Positions 32,168 to 42,600 of a stretch of 64,000 nt of DNA are shown here, one piece after another. The notes beneath the pieces are model-generated. The model saw only the letters and a program-made list of their open reading frames with translations. It was not told where the DNA came from and ran no database searches. This DNA is from an uncultured Candidatus Entotheonella sp. Its GTDB lineage: Bacteria > Tectomicrobia > Entotheonellia > Entotheonellales > Entotheonellaceae. Location: assembly GCA_965217185.1 (NCBI GenBank), contig OZ244252.1:576001-640000 (forward strand). The letters are read 5' to 3'. Every line of letters starts with the position of its first letter. Position 1 is the stretch's first letter. The translations under genes were made by a program, and so were the position numbers.

Positions 32168-32199
32168 TGTCGAATTACGCTTCGCTAATCCGACCTACA
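32168..32199 (-). repeat. REP-like palindromic element (GTAG type)
   Basis: Reverse complement TGTAGGTCGGATTAGCGAAGCGTAATTCGACA; near-identical copy at 53515-53546; supplies the argH TAG stop. Confidence 0.7.
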
Positions 32200-33901
32200 A
32201 TTCGAATTGCCGGCAGCGGTCGTAGCATGCTTGCAGCTTCTCATCCCGCTCTTGCCACACTTGGCGTTGTGACGCCACAAAGCCATCAAGTTGCGCCAGT
32301 TCCTTCTCCATCGCCTCGGGACCGGGGCCACCCACCACTTGCTTACTCTTGAGAATGGTGGCGGGCTCCTGCAAGCGGCGCACGGTTTCGGCGTCTACGG
32401 AGAGGTCCAGACCTTCCTCCTGCAGGGCTTGGCTCATGGCGGCGTGGGTTACACAGTCCGATTCACCCTGCTGCAGCGACAAGGCGACGGCGTGCTCCAT
32501 CACCCGTTTGAGACGCCGGAATTCCACGCCGGTGCGCGCGACCAATTGTTCCATGAATTCGGTGACGCCGGCAAACCCGCTGTGAGCCATGGCGTGCAGG
32601 CGCGCCGTGTCGATGCCCACTGGGCGATCCAGCCAGGGATTCCTGGCGAGTGGGCGGCAGGAATGGCGAACGATGCGGGTCATGATGGACACCGCCGGCA
32701 GCGCCTCCAGACAGGCTTCCATGATGAGATATTTGCTCCATTGATGGTCGCGGTTGTATCCCGTGAGGTTCGCCTGGCCGAGGGCCAGCAGCGCGCCCAG
32801 CCGACCGGTGACCTCGGCGGCCTTGGCCTTGATGACTTCCAGCGTATCGGGGTTGACCTTTTGGGGCATGATGCTGCTACCGGAGCAGAAGCGCGGGTGC
32901 GGTTTGAGCATCCCGAACTCCGGCGTGCTCAGGAGGATCAGCGTCTGCGCCATGCTGGAGAGGTGGGCGAGGAGAACGGCGAGAATCTGCGCCAACTCGG
33001 CCTCCGGTTCCCAACGGCTGGCTATCGGGTCCAGCGAGTTGGGCTCGGGGCCGTAGCACCCCAGCAATTCGGCGGTGAGTTGGCGGTCGATGGCAAAGGT
33101 GGTGCTGAAGCCGGTGACGCAGCCCAGAGGGCTGTGGTTGAAGGTCTCGTACCAGAAATTCAGGCGCTGTACCACGCGCCGCAGCGCTTCGGCATACGCC
33201 GCCAGATGATGGCCGAAGGTCGACAGGGTGGCATGTTGATGGTGGGTATAGCCCGCCATGACGCTGTTCAGATGCTGGCGTGCCACCGTCGATAGCGCGT
33301 CCATGCAGCCGAGGCAGAGCCGCGCCAGGTTGAGCACCCGCTCCCGCATCCACAGGCGCATGTCCGTAACTACCTGGTCATTACGGCTGCGCGCCGTATG
33401 TAGGGATAGCGCGGCGTTGATGCTGAGGTTGCCGCTCAGATAGGTTTCGATGTTGGTGTGAACGTCTTCAAGGGCGGGTTGTACGACGAAACGTCCGAAG
33501 TGATATTGACGTTCGATCTCGGCAAGGCCGTCCAGAATGGCTCGTCCCTGCTCACCGGTGAGAATGGAGCACCTGACCAGCATGTGGGCGTGGGCGCGGT
33601 TGACCCACAAGTCGAACGGCACCAAGCTCTGGTCGGCGGCGCCTTTGCCGGTAACGTCCCAACCGGCCATGAAGGCCACGACTTCCGGCGTGGGGCTGAC
33701 GAGGCGGTTGCCGTACAGGCGCTTGGCGTCCTGATGCTGTTGTTGCCCCTGGAGGCGATCCAGGGTGTCGTCATCGCATTCGGGGGTGCTGCAGACAGCA
33801 CAATAGCGATCCGCCGTCGGGCGTTCTTGCCGAGTCCCGGTCGGCTGATCGACCCCGCACGCCCGACAACGCGATGCGGGGTTCGCGTCGATCGCCTCCA
33901 C
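32195..33901 (-). CDS. argH: Argininosuccinate lyase with Cys-rich N-terminal extension
   Basis: LEDVHTNIE, LHTARSRNDQVVTD, MAGYTH.Q.A, GSSIMPQKVNPD. Confidence 0.85.
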   Translation of the reverse strand: MEAIDANPASRCRACGVDQPTGTRQERPTADRYCAVCSTPECDDDTLDRLQGQQQHQDAKRLYGNRLVSPTPEVVAFMAGWDVTGKGAADQSLVPFDLWVNRAHAHMLVRCSILTGEQGRAILDGLAEIERQYHFGRFVVQPALEDVHTNIETYLSGNLSINAALSLHTARSRNDQVVTDMRLWMRERVLNLARLCLGCMDALSTVARQHLNSVMAGYTHHQHATLSTFGHHLAAYAEALRRVVQRLNFWYETFNHSPLGCVTGFSTTFAIDRQLTAELLGCYGPEPNSLDPIASRWEPEAELAQILAVLLAHLSSMAQTLILLSTPEFGMLKPHPRFCSGSSIMPQKVNPDTLEVIKAKAAEVTGRLGALLALGQANLTGYNRDHQWSKYLIMEACLEALPAVSIMTRIVRHSCRPLARNPWLDRPVGIDTARLHAMAHSGFAGVTEFMEQLVARTGVEFRRLKRVMEHAVALSLQQGESDCVTHAAMSQALQEEGLDLSVDAETVRRLQEPATILKSKQVVGGPGPEAMEKELAQLDGFVASQRQVWQERDEKLQACYDRCRQFEL

Positions 33902-33905
33902 GGGT

Positions 33906-34805
33906 CTAAATTTTCCCCAATACCTGCAAGCAGCGCTGCAATTCGGCGCGGCTCTCGGGCCGCAGGGGAACCAGGGGCAGGCGCAGCGCGCCGGCCGGCT
34001 GGCCCATCATGGCCAGGGCGGTCTTCACCGGCACCGGGTTGCTCTCGATGAACAGAGCGTTGACGACGTCCAGGGTGCGGAAATGGATGTCCTGCGCCGC
34101 CTTGTAATCGCCGCGCGTAAACGCCTGCATCATCTCGTGCAGTTCCTTGCCCACCACGTGGGCGACCGCGGCGATGGCGCCGTCCCCGCCCAAGCACATG
34201 GAGCCGAAGGTCAGCGCGTCTTCGCCGCTCAACACGTAAAACTTCTTGCTCATCTTGCGCGTAGCGGCCAGCAGCGCCATGGTCTGGTTGACGTTGGCCG
34301 CCGCGTCCTTGACGCCGACGATGTTGTCGATCTGCGCCAGCGCCACGAGCGTCTTGACGTCGATCAGCCGTCCCGTGCGTCCGGGGATGTTGTAGAGAAT
34401 CAGCGGCAGGCTGGTGTTCTTGGCAATGGCCTCGAAGTGCGCCATCAAGCCGTGCTGTTCCGGCTTGTTGTAGTACGGGCAGACCTGCAGCGATGCCGCG
34501 GCGCCGGCCTGTTCGGCGTGTTTGGTCATTTCGATGGCTTCGTGCGTCGAATTGGAACCCGTACCGGCGATGACGGGCACGCGGCCCGCGGTCGCATCGA
34601 TGACGATCTCGGTTACCCGCTGGTGTTCGGCATGCGACAGGGTGGGCGACTCACCCGTTGTGCCGCAGGGCACCAGGCTGTCGGCCTTTTGCTCTTCGAT
34701 GAGGTAGTCCACCAGACGGCGCAGGCCGGGTTCGTCAACGCTGAAATCGTCCTTGAATGGGGTGATGATGGGGATGTGAATGCCGGTCCAATCGTACTGA
34801 GCCAT
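33906..34805 (-). CDS. dapA: 4-hydroxy-tetrahydrodipicolinate synthase
   Basis: GTTGESPTL, AGTGSNST, PYYNKP, YNIPGRT, GVKDA, ESNPVPVK. Confidence 0.95.
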   Translation of the reverse strand: MAQYDWTGIHIPIITPFKDDFSVDEPGLRRLVDYLIEEQKADSLVPCGTTGESPTLSHAEHQRVTEIVIDATAGRVPVIAGTGSNSTHEAIEMTKHAEQAGAAASLQVCPYYNKPEQHGLMAHFEAIAKNTSLPLILYNIPGRTGRLIDVKTLVALAQIDNIVGVKDAAANVNQTMALLAATRKMSKKFYVLSGEDALTFGSMCLGGDGAIAAVAHVVGKELHEMMQAFTRGDYKAAQDIHFRTLDVVNALFIESNPVPVKTALAMMGQPAGALRLPLVPLRPESRAELQRCLQVLGKI

Positions 34806-34865
34806 GGTTTCCTCCTTCACATTCGGGCCTCCCGGTGACGAGCGGCCCGTTTATACGCGGCGCCG

Positions 34866-36053
34866 CTATACCGGCGCGGCGTCCGCCGCCATGTCGAAGA
34901 CCTGCCGGATGCCGTACGTCGTGGTGCGTTCCGCCGGCACCCGATCAATCTGGCGAATCAACTGCTGGAACTCGTCCACGGGCATGTACTGGCCGGCCGT
35001 GGCACCGGCCAGCCGCGAAATGTTCTCATTGATCAGCGTGCCGCCGTAGTCATTGGCGCCGGCCTGCAGGCAGCGCTGCGAAAGCTGGCGGCCCAATTTG
35101 ACCCACGATACCTGCACGCTGTCGATCCAGCCCCGCAGCATGATACGCGCCAAGGCGTGCATTTTGATGCTTTCCTCCTCGGTGGGGCCGGGACGTGCCA
35201 TGCCAAGCTTGAACAACCCGGTATTGGCGTGCACGAAGCCCAGGGGTACAAACTCCGTGAAACCGCCGGTTTCCTTCTGGATGTCGCGCAGCAGGATGAA
35301 CTGGTTGATCCAGTGCTCGGGGGTTTCCAGGTGGCCGTACATCATGGTGGAGGTGGTCGGGATGCCCAACTTGTGGGCGGTGCGGATCACGTTGGTCCAC
35401 TGTTTCACCGTGACCTTCTTGCGCGACAGCATGTGCCGCACGTCGTCGTCCAGAACCTCCGCCGCGGTGCCGGGCAGGGTGTCGAGGCCGTTGTCCTTCA
35501 GCATCTGCAGGTAGTCGTGCAGCGTCATGCCGGTGAGCTCGGTGCCGTACGTCATCTCCATCGGGGAGAAAGCATGGGCGTGCATGTCCGGCACCGCCTT
35601 CTTGATGGTGCGCAGGATGTCCCGGTAATAAAACGGGTCCAGACCGCGCGGCAACCCGCCCTGCACACAGACCTCGGTGGCGCCCATTTCCCGCGCTTCG
35701 ATAGTCCGCTGCGCGATTTCCTCGAGCGGCAGGTTGTAGGCGTCGGACGACCGCGCCGAGGTGCTGAAGGAGCAAAAGGCACAGCCGATGAAGCAGACGT
35801 TGGTGAAGTTGATGTTGCGGTTGACGACGTAGGTGATAACGTCACCCACGATCTCCCGGCGCAGGTGATCCGCCACCGCTGCCAGCGTCTCGACGTCCTC
35901 GCTGGGCAGCGTGGCCAGAACGAGCCCCTCGTCGCGGGACAGCTCGTGCCCGGCCGTGGCCCTTTCCAGCACGCGCGCCACCTCGGGGGTGGTCTGCGGC
36001 AGCAGATGCGCCACGCGCTCCTGGGATTCCTGCACGTTTGCAGCGATTTTCAT
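34866..36053 (-). CDS. cofH: FO synthase subunit CofH (radical SAM)
   Basis: NRNINFTNVCFIGCAFCSF, PGTAAEVLDD, QKETGGFTEFVPL, VQVSWVKLG; adjacent to cofG. Confidence 0.9.
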   Translation of the reverse strand: MKIAANVQESQERVAHLLPQTTPEVARVLERATAGHELSRDEGLVLATLPSEDVETLAAVADHLRREIVGDVITYVVNRNINFTNVCFIGCAFCSFSTSARSSDAYNLPLEEIAQRTIEAREMGATEVCVQGGLPRGLDPFYYRDILRTIKKAVPDMHAHAFSPMEMTYGTELTGMTLHDYLQMLKDNGLDTLPGTAAEVLDDDVRHMLSRKKVTVKQWTNVIRTAHKLGIPTTSTMMYGHLETPEHWINQFILLRDIQKETGGFTEFVPLGFVHANTGLFKLGMARPGPTEEESIKMHALARIMLRGWIDSVQVSWVKLGRQLSQRCLQAGANDYGGTLINENISRLAGATAGQYMPVDEFQQLIRQIDRVPAERTTTYGIRQVFDMAADAAPV

Positions 36054-37264
36054 GGAATCGGTACTCCTTTCCGTTCCTCGATTGGATAACCATCCTCGTC
36101 CACCATCGCTCGCAGGCGGGGTTCCAGGGCCGCCGCCATGAAGCCTTGTTTGCGGACGATAAATTCGGGGTACACCGTCAGGCGGGGGCGTAGCGTCAGG
36201 CCCAACTCGGCGGACACACGTTCCAGCGTCTGAATCTCCGGCCACGGCGCTTCGGGATTGATGAAGTCGATCGTCAACGGGGAAATGCCGCCCCAGTCGT
36301 TGATGCCGGCGGGGATCAGCAATTGGTATTGTTCCGGGGTCAGGTTTGGCGGCACCTGCAGGTTGATGTCGCCGCTCAGCATGAGCCGAGCTACGGCAGT
36401 CGTGCGCATGAAGTCCAGCAAGGTCGGCTCCGGCTGCGCGTGCATCGGGATGTCCGGCTTGGCCCGGAAATTTTGAATGATCATTTCCTGGATATGGCCG
36501 TACCGGTCATGCAGGTCTTGAATCGCTTCGAGAGTTTCCACCCGTTCTGCGAACGTCTCGCCGATGCCGATCAGCATGCCGGTCGTGAAGGGAATACCCA
36601 GCTTGCCGGCGTTTTCAATTGTCTTCAATCGCACCCTAGGGTCTTTATCCGGCGCCCCGTCGTGGGCCATGCCCGGACCCAGAAGGCGGCGGCTGGTGCT
36701 TTCCAGCATGAGACCCATGCTCGGGCTAACATCCCGCAAGCGTTCGAGGTCCTTGGGACCCATGACGCCAGGGTTGGCGTGCGGCAGCAGCGGCGTCTCG
36801 TCGAGAACGAGCTGGCACATCTCCACCAGGTAATCCACGGTGCGCCGGTGGCCGTACTGCTGCAACGTCTGGCGCATCTCCAGGAACAACGCTTCGGGTT
36901 TGTCGCCCAAGCTGAACAACGCCTCCTTGCAGCCCAGCTTGGCCCCGTCCTGCGCCACCTGCAGCACCTCGTCCGGGGTCATGGTCTTGGCGCCGGGCTC
37001 GCCGGGGTCCTTGCGAAACGTGCAATAGCCGCAGTAATCGCGGCAGAGATTCGTCAGCGGCAGGAAGACTTTGGGCGAGTAGGTGATGGTGGCGCCGTGA
37101 TGCCGCGCCCGCAGGCTGTCGGCGACCTGCAGAAGGGCCAGCAGTTCGCCGCTCGTCAGGTGCTCGAAGGCAATCATCTCGTGGGCCGACAGCGGCTCCC
37201 CGGCTTCGGCACGACTCAGGGTCTCTGCGATGGCGGGACGGCACGCCGAACTGATCAAGGTCAT
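36050..37264 (-). CDS. cofG: FO synthase subunit CofG (radical SAM)
   Basis: ITYSPKVFLPLTNLCRDYCGYCTF, LPHANPG, SMGLMLE, QVPPNL, GINDWGGISPLT. Confidence 0.92.
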   Translation of the reverse strand: MTLISSACRPAIAETLSRAEAGEPLSAHEMIAFEHLTSGELLALLQVADSLRARHHGATITYSPKVFLPLTNLCRDYCGYCTFRKDPGEPGAKTMTPDEVLQVAQDGAKLGCKEALFSLGDKPEALFLEMRQTLQQYGHRRTVDYLVEMCQLVLDETPLLPHANPGVMGPKDLERLRDVSPSMGLMLESTSRRLLGPGMAHDGAPDKDPRVRLKTIENAGKLGIPFTTGMLIGIGETFAERVETLEAIQDLHDRYGHIQEMIIQNFRAKPDIPMHAQPEPTLLDFMRTTAVARLMLSGDINLQVPPNLTPEQYQLLIPAGINDWGGISPLTIDFINPEAPWPEIQTLERVSAELGLTLRPRLTVYPEFIVRKQGFMAAALEPRLRAMVDEDGYPIEERKGVPIP

Positions 37265-37476
37265 GCAAGCTACTCGATGTACTGAAGAGGCCTTTGGGAA
37301 GCGCACACACCTGCATCCCCGCAGGCATGCAAGACGCGAACGTGCTTTGATAAAGTAGGCAATTGGTAACACACGGGGGCGCGGCTTGTCAATGATCCGG
37401 CCTTTTGCTAGCGTTGGCTCCGGCCATGGGTGGGACGTATCCGGCGGGCAGGCAACGGCGACTTGAGGAGAGCGCG

Positions 37477-38337
37477 ATGGGGAACGGATTGATCAAGTGT
37501 GATCTGACTCTGGAGAACTATTTTGTCTACGGCAACGCGGCCACCGTCGTTAGCAAAACCGTCTTGCCGCGGCGCGAGGGGCAGCCGATTCTGATGCGCG
37601 GCGAGGTGGGCATCAAGGAGGACGGCAACCTGCGTCCGATGGTGGCCCACAACACCACGCACGTCGATATGCCGCTGCACTTCATCGCCGACACCGCCGA
37701 TCTGGATCAGGTGCTGAACAATTCGAGCTATCGGATCAATTATCCCATGCTCGCCCGCGTCCTCGATGCCTCCACGTGGCCCGACCCGCAGGTTTTTCAC
37801 GAACGCAACGGGGTGCGCTATTGCGAACGGGTCGTCGCCGAGATGCTGCCGCCGCGGGACGAGTTGCGGCAATACGACGCCCTGGTGGTGCTCACCGGTT
37901 TTGGCGCCGTGATGCGGCAAGGCTCCGAGAGTTTTCAGCCGGACGAGGCAGGCTTTTACCATCTTCCCTATATCGACGTGGAGGTGGCGCAGCGCGTGGC
38001 GGACGCCGGTATCACTTTGCTGGCGATTGATTGTACGACAGTGGAGCGCCAGACGGCGGGCGACCCGCTGCGCATGACGGGCGACGTGCATCCGGTGTTG
38101 CTGGGCCATGAGCCGCCGGTGTTCATTCTGGAGGGCGTGGTGGGGGATCGCATCGCCTCACAGGCCGGCTTCCTGCCGAGCGAGGGTGTGCTCGAGGTCA
38201 TCGCCCGGCGGACGAACCCCGCCGGTGCGGATGCTGCGCATACGCGCGTCTTTCTGAGCTTCTACGCGGGTGACGACAGCCGCCAGCGCCTGGAGCGACT
38301 TCTGGAAATTGCCACTCCAGAGCACCTGTACGGTTGA
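37477..38337 (+). CDS. Cyclase family (kynurenine formamidase-like) protein
   Basis: HNTTHVDMPLH metal motif, LAID, VH..LL, ILE; GAGGAG RBS. Confidence 0.7.
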   Translation: MGNGLIKCDLTLENYFVYGNAATVVSKTVLPRREGQPILMRGEVGIKEDGNLRPMVAHNTTHVDMPLHFIADTADLDQVLNNSSYRINYPMLARVLDASTWPDPQVFHERNGVRYCERVVAEMLPPRDELRQYDALVVLTGFGAVMRQGSESFQPDEAGFYHLPYIDVEVAQRVADAGITLLAIDCTTVERQTAGDPLRMTGDVHPVLLGHEPPVFILEGVVGDRIASQAGFLPSEGVLEVIARRTNPAGADAAHTRVFLSFYAGDDSRQRLERLLEIATPEHLYG

Positions 38338-38350
38338 GCGGGCAGGGCGA

Positions 38351-39526
38351 TCAGGTCAGTAGGTCGAGCGCCGCCAGCGTGTAGATGCGGGCGGATTCGA
38401 CCAGCCGGGAAATCTCGACGTACTCGTTCGGCTGATGCGCCTTTTCCGGCAGGCCGGGGCCGCAGATGACCATGGGCGCGTCGTACGCCGGCACGAACAC
38501 CGAGCCGTCGGTGGCGAAGGTGGCGGCTGTCGGTACAGACGTATCGCCGGTCACGAGGTCGCGTTGCCGCACGAAGGTCTGCACGTACGGGTCGTCGAAG
38601 GGGATGTTCAGCGGGATTCGCTCGTTGATGGAGCGCACCTCAATGTGCAGCGTGGGGTCTTCGGCGCACAGGCGGTCGATCAGTTGGCGAACCGTATCCA
38701 GGATCTGCTGATGGTCCTGGCCGATAACCGTGCGGGTGTCGATGGTGACGCGGCAGGCGTCGGGCACGACGTTGGTCTTCACGCCGCCCTCGATGGTGGC
38801 GATGTTCATCGTAAAGTCGCCCAGCAGCGGGTGCGTTTCGTACGGGATTTCCTCGGCCTGCAGCGCCTCCAGTAGCCGGCTCATGTGGGCGATGGCGTTG
38901 ACGCCGAGATGCGGCAGGGAGCCGTGTGACGTCTGTCCCTTGGCCCGCAGCTCAAGCCACAGCACGCCTTTCTCGGCGGTGATGACGCGATTGCCGGTCG
39001 GTTCGCCGATGACCATGAACCCGACGTCGTCCAGCTTTTGCTCCCGTACCAACTCCTGAGCCCCCATGGACTCGATTTCCTCACCCGCCGTACCGGCAAA
39101 GAGCAGGTTGCCTTTGAGAACCGCGCCGCTCCGTTTCACCGCCCGCATCGCCATGAGCATGGCGGCGACACCCGCCTTCATGTCGGTGGTGCCCAGGCCC
39201 CAGATCTTGCCGTCGTCGATGTCGGCCGCCAGCACCTCGTGTTCCCAGTTGTCGCCCGCCGGCACCGTATCCAGATGGCCGCTGAACAGCACCGCCCGCC
39301 GCTCGCCCTGGCCATCCAGGCCGCCGACCACGCTGGCTCTGCCGTCTTCCGCGTGCGACACCAACTCGGCAGGCATGTCGTTCCGCTTCATCCAGTCGGC
39401 CACGAACGTCGCCGCCTTGGCCTCGTCGCCCGGCGGATTGATCGTTCGGATACGCACCAGGTCCTGGGTCAGTTGCACCAGCATGTCGTCATCCAAGGCC
39501 GCCAGCGCGCGTTCTTGCGTGTTCAT
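38351..39526 (-). CDS. M20 family metallopeptidase (ArgE/DapE-like)
   Basis: SGHLDTVP, GTTDMKAG, GEE, GEPT, AHQPNE. Confidence 0.92.
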   Translation of the reverse strand: MNTQERALAALDDDMLVQLTQDLVRIRTINPPGDEAKAATFVADWMKRNDMPAELVSHAEDGRASVVGGLDGQGERRAVLFSGHLDTVPAGDNWEHEVLAADIDDGKIWGLGTTDMKAGVAAMLMAMRAVKRSGAVLKGNLLFAGTAGEEIESMGAQELVREQKLDDVGFMVIGEPTGNRVITAEKGVLWLELRAKGQTSHGSLPHLGVNAIAHMSRLLEALQAEEIPYETHPLLGDFTMNIATIEGGVKTNVVPDACRVTIDTRTVIGQDHQQILDTVRQLIDRLCAEDPTLHIEVRSINERIPLNIPFDDPYVQTFVRQRDLVTGDTSVPTAATFATDGSVFVPAYDAPMVICGPGLPEKAHQPNEYVEISRLVESARIYTLAALDLLT

Positions 39527-39653
39527 AGATACCCCTTTTTGATGATGAACGTGTGGTTCTTGTGCGTCGGTCTTCAATCGCCGATTATCAAAGGAGTGAA
39601 ATCAGAATGTCAAGGCGATGCGACAGCAACGACACTCGGCCACAAGGTGACGA

Positions 39654-42600
39654 ATGAAACAGGTAAACACGAAACTGGCAATCGCAGTTGAGACCTACTT
39701 CGCCGACCTCGCGCGCATCTATGCCTCCGGCGGCGCGACCGGCGAGCGGTCGAGTTATGGGCCGCTGGCGAACCTGCTTAACGCTGTCGGTGCGACCCTG
39801 AGGCCCAAGGTGTTCTGCGTCGGCGAGCTGGCCGACCAAGGGGCCGGCCATCCCGACTTCGGCCTCTACGCTGCCCATCAGGTGCAGCGCGGCCGTCCCC
39901 GGCAGGGACAGGTGCCGGAACGGGGTGTCGTGGAGGTGAAAGCGCCGGATGAAGACACCGGCAGCACGGCGATTCGCGAGCAGGTGGTCCGCTACCGGCG
40001 CCGCTACGATCTGGTCCTGGTGACCAACCTGCGCGCCTTCGCCCTGGTTGTCCCGGACGAGACTGGCGGGGAGAGAGCGCTGGAAACCTTTGTGCTGGCG
40101 GCCAGCGCGGGCGACTTCGCCCGCAAGCTGGAAACCCCGCGTGCCTTCGCCGGTGAAGTGGCTGCAGGTCTGGTCGAATACCTTGCCCGGGCGCTGTCGC
40201 ACCGCGCCGCGCTCGCTGAACCCAAGGACTTGGCCTGGCTGCTGGCGTCCTATGCGCGCGACGGGCTGGCACGGGTCGAGGCGGCGGGCGATGCGCCGTC
40301 ATTGGCCGCGGTGCGCACGGCATTGGAAGAAGCGTTGGGCGTCCGCTTCGAGGGCGACAAGGGCGCCCGGTTCTTTCATTCGACCCTGGTGCAGACGTTG
40401 TTCTACGGCGTCTTTTCGGCATGGGTCCTATGGGCGCGTCAACTTCCACCGCCAGCGGGCCGTTTCAACTGGCATGAAGCGGTCTGGCACCTGCGCGCGC
40501 CGGTGCTTCGCGCGCTGTTCCAGCAGCTTTCCGATCCCGGCCGCCTGCAACCGCTCGGTCTCGTCGAGGTGCTCGATTGGACTGCCGCGGCGCTCGACCG
40601 CGTGGACCGCGAAGCGTTTTTCTCCCGCTTCAATCAAGGCGAGGCCGTGCCCTATTTCTACGAGCCGTTCCTGGAGGCATTCGATGCCGACCTGCGCAAG
40701 GAACTCGGCGTCTGGTACACGCCCGCCGAGGTGGTGCGCTACATGGTCGCCCGCGTGGACAAGGCGCTGAAGGACGATCTCGGCATCCCGGACGGCTTGG
40801 CGGCGGAGAACGTCTACGTGCTCGACCCGTGCTGCGGCACCGGGGCGTATCTGGCCGAGGTGCTGCGTCGCATCGCCGCCAATCTCGAAGGCCGCGGCCT
40901 CGGCGCGCTCGCCGGCGCGCGGGTGAAGCAGGCCGCGACGCAGCGCGTGTTCGGCTTCGAGATCATGCCGGCGCCCTTCGTCGTCGCCCACCTGCAGATC
41001 GGCCTCACCATGCAGGAACTCGATGCGCCGCTCGCCGATACGGGCGACGAACGGCCCGGCGTGTTTCTCACCAACGCCCTGACCGGCTGGGAACCGAGAA
41101 CGACCAAGCCGCTGCCGTTTCCCGAATTGGAGGAGGAGCGCGACCGGGCTGAAAAGGTGAAGCAGGCGACGCCGATTCTGGTGATTCTGGGCAATCCGCC
41201 CTATAACGGCTTCGCTGGCATGGCGGTGGACGAAGAACGGGAGTTGTCCGACGCCTACCGGACGACACGGCGGGTACGGAAGCCCGAAGGTCAGGGGCTG
41301 AACGATCTGTACGTGCGGTTCTTCCGCATGGCGGAACGGCGCATTGCCGAGAAGACCGGCCAAGGCGTGGTTTGCTTCATCTCGAATTATTCGTGGCTGG
41401 ATGGGTTGTCGTTCACCGGTATGCGCGAGCGCTACCTGGAGGCGTTCGACGCGATACGAATCGACTGCCTGAATGGGGACAAGTACAAGACCGGCAAGGT
41501 GGCGCCGGACGGCTCACCCGACCCGAGCATTTTCTCGACGGAAGGCGACTCCGTGGGTATTCAGGTCGGCACCGCCATCGCAACGCTGGTGCGCAAGGCC
41601 GACCATACGCCAGCCGGAGAGGTCGGATTTCGTCATTTGTGGGGACGGGCCAAGCCTGTGGAACTGACGGCGACGGCTGAGGCAGAACCGGTCGCGCTCT
41701 ACGATCCCATCAAGCCGGTATTACCGCTTGGCTTGCCGTTCGTGCGAACCGCAACCAGTGAGGGTTGGTTTGACTGGCCGGCGTTGCCCGATCTGTTCCC
41801 GGTGTCGTTCCCTGGCGTCAAGACCAGCCGCGACGGGTTTCTCGTCGATGTCGATCTTGACCGGCTCAAAGCGCGCATCGCCGATTACTTCGACGCCGCC
41901 TTGAGCCATGAGGACATTGCGCGGCGCTATCCGGCGGCGATGAAGACCACGGCGCGGTTCGATGCCCGAGCGATACGCGACGCCCTATTGAAGCACGGCG
42001 GACCGGATGAGGCCGGTTTCATGTGCTTCGCCTACCGGCCGTTCGACAGTCGATGGCTCTATTGGGAGGGTGAAACCAAACTGTTGGACGAGAAGCGCGC
42101 CGACTACCGGCCGCATGTGTTCGAGGGGAATCTGTGGCTATCTGCTGCGCAACATCTACGGAAGGGTGCGGAAGAACCGCAAGCGTGCTTCACGAGACAA
42201 TTGGGCTCACTGCATCTGATTGAGCGAACCGCACTCATGTTTCCTGTCTACCTACGCAACGACGGCCTCAGAATCGGCGGCGACGGACAACCCATTCCCA
42301 ATTTGTCCGGTGCCGCGCAACGTTATCTCCACTGTCTCGGCGCGGGTGTAGAGGACCTTTTCCACCACGTCCTTGCCGCCCTCCACGACCCCGCTTACCG
42401 CGAAGCCAACGCCGGGGCACTGCGCATGGAATGGCCGCGCATCCCGCTACCCGGCTGGCCGGCTCCTGGGAGCGCGGGCATCCTGCCCGCAGCAGACGCG
42501 GCGGACGCCCTTGCCCAATCCGCCGCGTGCGGTCGCCAACTGGCGGCCCTGCTCGACCCCGACACCCCCGTTCCCGGCGTCACGACCGGAACCTTGCGCC

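Noticed and set aside
34866..36053. MqnC/MqnE (futalosine pathway) as an alternative to CofH
   Set aside because: Overlap with cofG and CofH-type motifs favour FO synthase
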